From NCBI GenBank assembly GCA_964463155.1, contig CAYXAY010000004.1:4469-12445 (forward strand): 7,977 nt of DNA, read 5' to 3'. This DNA is from an uncultured archaeon (GTDB lineage: Archaea; Iainarchaeota; Iainarchaeia; Iainarchaeales; CSSED10-239). The translations under genes and the position numbers were made by a program. How positions within the stretch are numbered: position 1 is the first letter of the stretch; each line of letters begins with the position of its first letter. Below, piece by piece: positions 1 through 5,663 of the stretch. The notes under the pieces were generated by a model, which saw nothing but the letters and a program-made list of their open reading frames with translations, was not told the origin of the DNA and made no database searches.

Positions 1-757
1 TGTAGACTGGCATAAGGAATACACTAAATATTAAAATAAATATCAGAAAGAACAAAAAAATATTAATTTCAAACAAAAGAGTTATTTTGCTTCTTTGCCT
101 TTCTTCTTTTTCTTTTCTCAAGTGTTCTGTTGACTCCAAATAATCCTTTATGACATCAGAAAGATTTGATTTGTTGTCAAGAACATCTATCATCCTTGAG
201 AAAAACGCATATTCTTGCTCAGAGTAGGTATTGCTACAAATGTATTTTACTGTTCCTTTAAGGTTATTGTTCAAATCAGACATTGCAAGAATCTTTTTGG
301 ACTCCTCTGTAAGTAATTTGTTTTTTTCAAACTTTTGAAACAACAATAGCACCTCTTTTACTGTCAAGTTTTTGTCCTGCAAGACAGAAAGGTGCTTTAT
401 GCTTCTTTCAAGTTCGTTTTCTATTTCCTTTTTGTTTGACACCACAATATAGTGCGGATATTTATATAATGTGATAAAGACAAATCCTCCAAAAGTTGTT
501 GCAATTATTATTGTAAGGATAAATGTAAATATTGTAAACAGAATGTTTAGTTTTAACATCACAAAAATCATCAAAAACTCAAGGCAAAAACCAACAATAA
601 ATGATAAAAAGATTATGTTTGAAAGATAGGTTTGTATGTCTTCGTCAATATTTGTTATTGCTAGTGTCTTTGTAAGCTCTTTAAATCTTGGAGCTATTCT
701 TTTTGAAATGTCTCCAAAGAAGAAATCAGAAACTTTTGAGAACTGTTTGCCAAACAT
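1..757 (-). CDS. FlaJ/TadC-like platform membrane protein (T2SS-F family) of a type IV pilus/archaellum-like machine; C-terminus lies beyond the window edge
   Basis: Absent from the supplied ORF track because it runs off the window. My own translation from the ATG at 757..755 is open for all 252 codons: MFGKQFSKVSDFFFGDISKRIAPRFKELTKTLAITNIDEDIQTYLSNIIFLSFIVGFCLEFLMIFVMLKLNILFTIFTFILTIIIATTFGGFVFITLYKYPHYIVVSNKKEIENELERSIKHLSVLQDKNLTVKEVLLLFQKFEKNKLLTEESKKILAMSDLNNNLKGTVKYICSNTYSEQEYAFFSRMIDVLDNKSNLSDVIKDYLESTEHLRKEKEERQRSKITLLFEINIFLFFLIFILIFSVFLMPVY. The layout is a short cytoplasmic N-terminus, two TM helices, a ~130-aa helical soluble domain and then another TM helix, which is the T2SS-F/FlaJ arrangement. 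The start lies 1 nt after the stop of the FlaI-like gene. A GGGGT Shine-Dalgarno-like element (complement of 766-770) sits 8 nt upstream. Confidence 0.7.
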   Translation of the reverse strand, partial: MFGKQFSKVSDFFFGDISKRIAPRFKELTKTLAITNIDEDIQTYLSNIIFLSFIVGFCLEFLMIFVMLKLNILFTIFTFILTIIIATTFGGFVFITLYKYPHYIVVSNKKEIENELERSIKHLSVLQDKNLTVKEVLLLFQKFEKNKLLTEESKKILAMSDLNNNLKGTVKYICSNTYSEQEYAFFSRMIDVLDNKSNLSDVIKDYLESTEHLRKEKEERQRSKITLLFEINIFLFFLIFILIFSVFLMPVY

Positions 758-758
758 A

Positions 759-3134
759 TTATTCTACCCCTGCTTGGATGTTTAGTTTGGTTAGTAGTTG
801 CTCTTTGTTTTGATAATAGTCGTTGACTATGTTGTTAAAGTCTAGACTATCTGTTATGCCTGAATCGATAAGCCATCTTAATAGTTTTTTGTGTCTTATG
901 AAATTGACTATGCTTATGTTTGAGGAAATTAGGTTAATATGGAAATCCATTTCTTTTTCTATATATTCAACCACATTGTATTTGTTGCCATTGTATATCT
1001 CTGTGATGTTTCTTATCTGCATCTGTTCAACATTGTTACTGTTTGTTCTTCCCAATTGAATTATTATTTTATTAAAACCCATTATCTTTGATTTTTTCAA
1101 ATATTCCCCTAAGATGCTTTTGTCAAGATACAGCATGTTTATCTCATACCATTTGGTGTCAAATAAATCCTCTGTAAAGTTGTCAAGTATTAGGTAATCG
1201 GATCTTTGGGAAATTGCTTGTGAAAGAATTGTTTTTTTACTTATTGAGGAGTTGTCTAAAATCAATTTCTTAATCCAGTTTTTCTGAGGCAATTTTATGT
1301 AATCAAATGATTGTATGGTGGTTATCTTCTTATCAGGATAGAAATGTGCTAATGCCGATAATAATAATGTGCTGTCTCCCCCAACAATAACCACTTGATA
1401 ATCTTCGTCTATGGCTGTCCATATATATGAGAATATGTCTGGAGCACCAATGCCTAGGTTAATGAGATTTACTGGTGTCAACGGATCTTCCAGATATTTC
1501 TTTATAACAAAGGAAGAACCTTTATTGCTTGTATCCCCTACAGAATATAATCCTTCGACCTTGTAGCCATTTGGCAAATAACCATTTATTACTGGCTGTG
1601 TAGAATTGACTTGTAAGCCCATTATTTTTGTCAAAGATAGAACATACTGGTTCAATTTTGCTATACTTTCAAACTTAAGATTCGTTTCTAGTCCCCCATA
1701 CAAGAGATGATACACTGTTATTGGCATATGCTCCCCTGAACAGCTTATTTCAATTATGTTTTTGTCCTCTAGCACACTTGATAAAAATCCAAATCCCGAA
1801 AAATCCCTTTTTATGAAATTAAAATAAAGTTTATTTTCTAAATCAGTTAGATTATAAGATAATTTGTCTATTGTTAGGTCATATATCTTTTGTATATAGC
1901 TGTTGATTGTTTGTTTATCTCCTTTAAAGGACAAGTAGTTTGAATCAATTGAATCCAAGAACAATCTTTTTATTTCCTTATAGGTTTCTTCTTGGTTCTT
2001 GCTTAGCTCTGGCTGGATTATGTTATATAACAAACCATTTGAGGCATAATCCAGATTAACAAATGTAAATTCATCTATATTGTATTTCTCAGAAATTTCT
2101 TTTCTATCAAGTATTGCTGTTTTTGGTTTAATACTATAGATTAGTTCTTGCATTTTTGATTGTGATTTTGGATTAATGCTTTCGGATCTTTCCTTTTCTG
2201 TCTTTGCTTTAAAATCTGTTGGAAGTATGTAATCAAAAGGAGTTTTTGGCTTTTGGTCTTGTTCTTTGAAGACTTTTGAAAATTCTTCTTTTTGTTTGAT
2301 TGCTTGTTGGTTACTTTTTTGAATAATATTTTTTTGGTTTTTTATCTTTATTTCTATGTGTGGATTTGGAACTACTTTCTTATCTTCCATTACAAAAATT
2401 GGGGCAGTTGGTGTTTTTTCTACAGGCTTTTGTTCATAGCTTGAAAACTCTTTTATAATTGCCTGAGATATCTTTGTCTCATCAGGAATTGAAACAATTT
2501 CTGGAATTTCTATTTCTTCTAGTAACGCCTGTATCTTTTTTGGTTTTAGCTCAGGTCTTTTGTTTTGGTTTAGGTATTCTGTTTGAATTACTTTTGGAGT
2601 AGCTTCTTTGTTTGCTATTGAATCTATTTTAGCATAGAGGTGAGAAACATTCATGCTTTTTATTGGAATCTTCTCAATTTTTGGTTGGTCGCCAAGAAAG
2701 CTTATCGATTCAAAAAATGGCAGTTCTTCTTCTACTTTTTCCAGGTGTTTATTTAGGGAATCCAATAGCCCGTCCATATTTGGGGCATCTTTATCCACTA
2801 TGTTATCCAAATGATTAGAGGTTATTTCTTCATAATGTTCTGTTAGTTTGTTTGATATTACTTGTAGTCTTTTCTTTTCAATCTCTAATTTTAATGAGTT
2901 TTCAAGATTGTCAGGGACAGTATTTTTTTCTTTTTGCACAGCCATGATTTTATTTTCTTTATTCTTGGAATAGTCGTGTGGTTTTAATTTTGGATTTATT
3001 TTTTGTATTTTGTGCTGATAGCTATCTTGTTTGTGTTTTTCAGAACTTAGATTAAATTTTGGGGACACAGTTTTAATTATCTTATTTGAATCATCAAAAT
3101 CTTTGATTCTTTCTAGTTTTTTTAACTCGACCAT
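759..3134 (-). CDS. FlaI/GspE (T2SSE) family secretion-ATPase homolog with degenerate NTPase motifs and a ~350-aa low-complexity N-terminal extension
   Basis: 791-aa ORF ending in TAA. From about aa 355 it follows the archaeal FlaI/PilB pattern throughout. N-terminal domain: YNIIQPEL, KRDFSGFGFLSSVLEDKNIIEISCSG (compare rd.GyG...l.D..iEDIs.nG). Middle: LPNGYKVEGLYSVGDTSNKGSSFVIKKY..PLTPVNLI (compare LpdGsRi...ftIRkf...P.tp.dLi) and PDIFSYIWTAIDEDYQVVIVGG. C-terminal tail: KKLLRWLIDSGITDSLDFNNIVNDYYQNKEQLL (compare the FlaI tail R..iL.wl...gi.dy..v...i..yy.dpe.vl). The canonical Walker A position reads VGGDSTLLLSAL instead of G.T.SGKTT.LNAL. Confidence 0.85.
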   Translation of the reverse strand: MVELKKLERIKDFDDSNKIIKTVSPKFNLSSEKHKQDSYQHKIQKINPKLKPHDYSKNKENKIMAVQKEKNTVPDNLENSLKLEIEKKRLQVISNKLTEHYEEITSNHLDNIVDKDAPNMDGLLDSLNKHLEKVEEELPFFESISFLGDQPKIEKIPIKSMNVSHLYAKIDSIANKEATPKVIQTEYLNQNKRPELKPKKIQALLEEIEIPEIVSIPDETKISQAIIKEFSSYEQKPVEKTPTAPIFVMEDKKVVPNPHIEIKIKNQKNIIQKSNQQAIKQKEEFSKVFKEQDQKPKTPFDYILPTDFKAKTEKERSESINPKSQSKMQELIYSIKPKTAILDRKEISEKYNIDEFTFVNLDYASNGLLYNIIQPELSKNQEETYKEIKRLFLDSIDSNYLSFKGDKQTINSYIQKIYDLTIDKLSYNLTDLENKLYFNFIKRDFSGFGFLSSVLEDKNIIEISCSGEHMPITVYHLLYGGLETNLKFESIAKLNQYVLSLTKIMGLQVNSTQPVINGYLPNGYKVEGLYSVGDTSNKGSSFVIKKYLEDPLTPVNLINLGIGAPDIFSYIWTAIDEDYQVVIVGGDSTLLLSALAHFYPDKKITTIQSFDYIKLPQKNWIKKLILDNSSISKKTILSQAISQRSDYLILDNFTEDLFDTKWYEINMLYLDKSILGEYLKKSKIMGFNKIIIQLGRTNSNNVEQMQIRNITEIYNGNKYNVVEYIEKEMDFHINLISSNISIVNFIRHKKLLRWLIDSGITDSLDFNNIVNDYYQNKEQLLTKLNIQAGVE

Positions 3135-3170
3135 ACCGATATATATTTATAGCAAATAATAAGGACATTA

Positions 3171-3180
3171 TATTTATAAA
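3171..3180 (-). promoter_or_regulatory. Candidate archaeal TATA box (TTTATAAATA on the minus strand), internal promoter for the FlaI-like/FlaJ-like gene pair
   Basis: It lies in the only sizeable gap (56 nt, 3135-3190) of the minus-strand cluster, 37-46 nt upstream of the ATG at 3134. It matches the TTTAWATA-type archaeal TATA consensus and is embedded in a 16-bp perfect palindrome at 3169-3184. Confidence 0.4.
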
Positions 3181-3190
3181 TATATTTAAC

Positions 3191-3922
3191 TTATACAAAA
3201 GAAACCGCAAAATTGCTTAGAAACGATAATGCATTAAAATAAGTTAAAACTCCTATGATTGAGTAAGCAATAATCATAGTCACAACAAATGGGATCAAAG
3301 GAGACACCCACACTTTTTTTATACCAAATTTTTTTGAAAAGATTTTTAACTCCTCAATCTGTTTTTCAGGAGAGCTGTCTGGTCTGATGATTGTTTTAGA
3401 AATTATTTTTTTATTAACGAAACTAAACTTTTCAAGTGGGGTATAGAAGTTTTTTAGTCGATCTATCCTTTTTGGGAAACCAAATGTCATAAGCATCATG
3501 CTTTCACCGATTGGTTTTTTTGGAAAATTGCCTTTTAGCAGATTAAAGAAAAACAGAGCTATAGGTAAAGACAGCATTAAAATCATCGCCAAAAGAAAAA
3601 CAAATGGCGCAAACAGAACAGACACTCCGCTAACAGCGCTTATTGCCATTAATGCTAGAAGATCCCCCTCGCCAATATAGGCATAAATTGTTAATTTCCC
3701 CAAAAGGTAAATAATTACCACAAAAACAAAAGTGATTATCAATTGTAAAAGATACATAAAGACAAAGCCCTTTATAATTCCAATAACAACAAAATAAACA
3801 AAACCAATTGCAGATAATACAAACAAAGGAATAATGTTTATTTCTCGTGTCTTTATGTCTTGATAGCCAAGATAGATTAGGCAAGAAAGTCCTAAAAAAA
3901 ACATTGGTAGTAACGCATTCAT
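3191..3922 (-). CDS. Peptidase A24 family archaeal prepilin/preflagellin peptidase (FlaK/PibD/EppA type)
   Basis: 243-aa polytopic membrane protein. The first catalytic Asp is in YQDIKTREINIIP (D22). The second is in the GxGD motif IGEGDLLAL (D87). The 65-residue spacing resembles what I recall for PibD and FlaK. A soluble insertion (FPKRIDRLKNFYTPLEKFSFVNKK...EKQIEELKIFSKKFGIKKVWVSPLIPF) precedes the last TM helix, as in the archaeal A24 C-terminal domain of FlaK-type enzymes. Confidence 0.85.
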   Translation of the reverse strand: MNALLPMFFLGLSCLIYLGYQDIKTREINIIPLFVLSAIGFVYFVVIGIIKGFVFMYLLQLIITFVFVVIIYLLGKLTIYAYIGEGDLLALMAISAVSGVSVLFAPFVFLLAMILMLSLPIALFFFNLLKGNFPKKPIGESMMLMTFGFPKRIDRLKNFYTPLEKFSFVNKKIISKTIIRPDSSPEKQIEELKIFSKKFGIKKVWVSPLIPFVVTMIIAYSIIGVLTYFNALSFLSNFAVSFV

Positions 3923-3931
3923 GGTTTACTC

Positions 3932-4870
3932 TTATTTTTCTGCTTTTGTTTTCTTGGAATCAAATGCTGTTTTTGTAAGATGTATCAAATCATCATAGGC
4001 TTTTCTTTTTGTTATCCTTGCCGTTGACCTTTCAAACAATTCATCTGTGTATTTCCCTGGTGGTCCAAAAGACTTTATTTGTCTTTTTGCTATTTTGTTA
4101 AGTATTGCTTGGTTTTGAATAGTTGTGTTTGTTTCGTCAAGAACCGTTTTTGCTAAGTCCATTGTCAGGACTCCACTACCAATCCTGTCAACATAATCTG
4201 TTCCTGAACCGGCAGTTACAAAATTTGCCATCTCTGAAAGCTTTATTGTTGCAGCAAACTTGTATACCATATCGTAGCTTTTTTGGTCAATCTTTTTATT
4301 TAGCCTATCTGCAACTTTTGATATTCCCACAATATTTAATGCTTTGTGAGATTGGACAAATTCTAAGACTTCTATTAGGGTCTTTAAGAAAAATGAATCA
4401 TACATGTAATAGGAGAGATAGCCAATCATTCCATTGTAAGCTTCTACTCCTACATTTTTCTCTTTAATGAATTTTTCAAGTTTTGAAAGTCCCATCTTAT
4501 AACTTGCAGAATTATGTATTAATCCAAAGGGATGTGCTATTACAAAAAGATAATTTTTTCTTTCACACAGGTCATAGATTCTTTTCATTGAAACATTTTC
4601 CTCAAAGAAAACACTATAGCTGTAAATGTCTTCATTTGGAGCATAGACTAAAACATCGCCTGCATCTGTTGCAATTGTCAAACCAGGGATTAAAACATTT
4701 GCTTTTGGTTTATCCTTTAACAAATCAAAATATGCCTTTTTTGGATTCTTGTTTGAATAATCAGTTATTGCTGTTCCAAGAAGATTGTTTTTGTTAACAA
4801 ACTGCCAATATCTTTTACTTGATTGCTTTCTTTTCAAGAAATGTGTGTTTAAATCCAGGTTATATGGCAT
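3932..4870 (-). CDS. PHP-domain-like (polymerase/histidinol-phosphatase superfamily) protein with several metal-ligand substitutions; function unknown
   Basis: 312-aa ORF ending in TAA, starting 2 nt after the stop of the upstream gene. Motif-level resemblance to PHP: NLDLNTHF (canonical DxHxH), GLTIATDAGDVLVY (canonical GxExs..gHxLxy), FVIAHPF (AHP motif intact), GVEAYNG (canonical iEvxNg) and TAGSGTDYVDRIGSG (canonical GSDAH...iG). The assignment rests on remembered motifs, not on a search. Confidence 0.45.
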   Translation of the reverse strand: MPYNLDLNTHFLKRKQSSKRYWQFVNKNNLLGTAITDYSNKNPKKAYFDLLKDKPKANVLIPGLTIATDAGDVLVYAPNEDIYSYSVFFEENVSMKRIYDLCERKNYLFVIAHPFGLIHNSASYKMGLSKLEKFIKEKNVGVEAYNGMIGYLSYYMYDSFFLKTLIEVLEFVQSHKALNIVGISKVADRLNKKIDQKSYDMVYKFAATIKLSEMANFVTAGSGTDYVDRIGSGVLTMDLAKTVLDETNTTIQNQAILNKIAKRQIKSFGPPGKYTDELFERSTARITKRKAYDDLIHLTKTAFDSKKTKAEK

Positions 4871-4872
4871 AA

Positions 4873-5487
4873 TTATCTTTTATTTATCCTTACATCAAGA
4901 ACATACGCTTCTTTTTCTGTTAAGATTACTGGGTTTAAGTCAAGTTCCAATAGATTCTTATCTTTTCCCATATTGCATACTTTTTCAAGCAATAAAATAA
5001 GTTTTGAAATAGCATAGCTTTTTCCTCTTGCAAAAAAGTATTTGCTAATCTTTGTTGAATAAATCATTTCTTCAATTTCTTTTTTTGTTATTGGAAGAAT
5101 CCTTATCACCGTATCATCTTCTTGCTCTGTGTATATTCCACCTTTCCCAAAAACAATAACTTTTCCAAACTGAGCGTCATTGTTAATTCCAATAATCAGT
5201 TCAAGTCCTTTTACTTGCTTTTGAATTACCACTTTGCCTTTTGTCTTTTCTTTTTTTAGAACATTTTCTAGGTGATCAACGGCTGAAAAAAGTGCTTCTT
5301 TTGAATAAATGTCTGTGATTATTGCTTTGCTTTCTGTCTTATGTATCAGATTGGAACTAAGCTTTAGGACATATGGAAAATCCTTGAATTTTTCAAGTTC
5401 CTTTCTTGAAATTGCCTTTGTCACAAGAACAGATATCTTCCTTTTTTTCAGGTATTCCATTGATTCTAAAAGATTTAACCAAGCCAT
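4873..5487 (-). CDS. ATP-grasp domain protein related to the beta subunit of ADP-forming acetyl-CoA synthetase (acetate--CoA ligase family, ATP-grasp_5 type)
   Basis: 204-aa ORF. It fits the ACD-beta/ATP-grasp_5 pattern end to end: LLESMEYLKKRKISV (l.e.e.k.lL..ygI), FPYVLKLSS..IHKTE (fPvVlKi.s..i.HKte), VVIQKQVKGLELIIGINNDAQFGKVIVFGKGGIYTEQEDDTVIRILPI (vlVq.m..g.ElivG...Dp.FGpvi.fG.GGi.vE...Dva.rl.P) and LELDLNPVILTEKEAYVLDVRI (ElDiNPl.....a.alDari). Confidence 0.75.
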   Translation of the reverse strand: MAWLNLLESMEYLKKRKISVLVTKAISRKELEKFKDFPYVLKLSSNLIHKTESKAIITDIYSKEALFSAVDHLENVLKKEKTKGKVVIQKQVKGLELIIGINNDAQFGKVIVFGKGGIYTEQEDDTVIRILPITKKEIEEMIYSTKISKYFFARGKSYAISKLILLLEKVCNMGKDKNLLELDLNPVILTEKEAYVLDVRINKR

Positions 5488-5516
5488 AAATTACTAACCC
5501 CAAAGCATTACTTTAC

Positions 5517-5524
5517 TATTTAAA
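5517..5524 (-). promoter_or_regulatory. Candidate TATA box (TTTAAATA on the minus strand) for the five-gene minus-strand cluster
   Basis: Perfect TTTAWATA match with 29 nt between it and the ATG at 5487. This implies a very short or near-leaderless 5' UTR, which is common in archaea. Confidence 0.5.
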
Positions 5525-5612
5525 AACCTATATATTACTATAAATATATAGTATATAAATATATCTAAATTCTTTAGATTTAACATCAATTTAAAATCAT
5601 TGTGTTTTACTA

Positions 5613-5620
5613 TTTAAATA
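5613..5620 (+). promoter_or_regulatory. Candidate TATA box (TTTAAATA) for the beta-CASP RNase / NMD3 transcription unit
   Basis: Perfect TTTAWATA match 44-51 nt upstream of the ATG at 5664. The predicted ~20-nt leader contains the purine-rich aaagagagataaa. Confidence 0.5.
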
Positions 5621-5663
5621 TTTAGAAATACATTTACAAAAAAACAAAACAAAGAGAGATAAA

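Noticed and set aside
823-1059. 78-aa plus-strand ORF antisense to the FlaI-like gene. The same applies to the other nested ORFs in the track: 3498-3680(+), 3630-3884(-), 4123-4467(+), 4483-4797(+), 4785-5000(+), 5309-5497(+) and 5949-6197(-).
   Set aside because: All lie almost entirely inside (5309-5497 overhangs its host gene by 10 nt) longer ORFs that have clear family-level similarity. Their translations are Leu/Phe/Cys/Ser/His-rich, which is typical of out-of-frame or antisense reading of AT-rich Lys/Glu-rich genes, and none has a recognisable motif. They are treated as shadow ORFs.
2085-3134. The possibility that the N-terminal 350 codons of the 791-aa ORF are a separate upstream gene fused by a sequencing error.
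   Set aside because: There is no in-frame stop and no frame change. No intergenic-like AT-rich, TATA-containing break occurs near the junction at about nt 2085. The only promoter-like element sits upstream of the ATG at 3134. The question is kept as a caveat under the extension finding rather than as a separate claim.
4873-5487. An ACD beta-type ATP-grasp gene with no adjacent alpha (CoA-binding/ligase) subunit, considered as an anomalous orphan subunit.
   Set aside because: The alpha and beta subunits of ADP-forming acetyl-CoA synthetase are known to be encoded at separate loci in some archaea (for example Pyrococcus furiosus). The absence of the partner in a 8-kb window is not informative in itself. 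Only its operon context is reported as a finding.
5494-5586. A 31-codon minus-strand ORF in the divergent intergenic region (MLNLKNLDIFIYYIFIVIYRFLNSKVMLWG*), considered as a possible small pilin or leader peptide.
   Set aside because: It has no class III signal-peptide motif ([KR]G followed by a hydrophobic stretch). It is composed of TATA-like low-complexity DNA and overlaps both candidate promoter elements. It is most likely non-coding.
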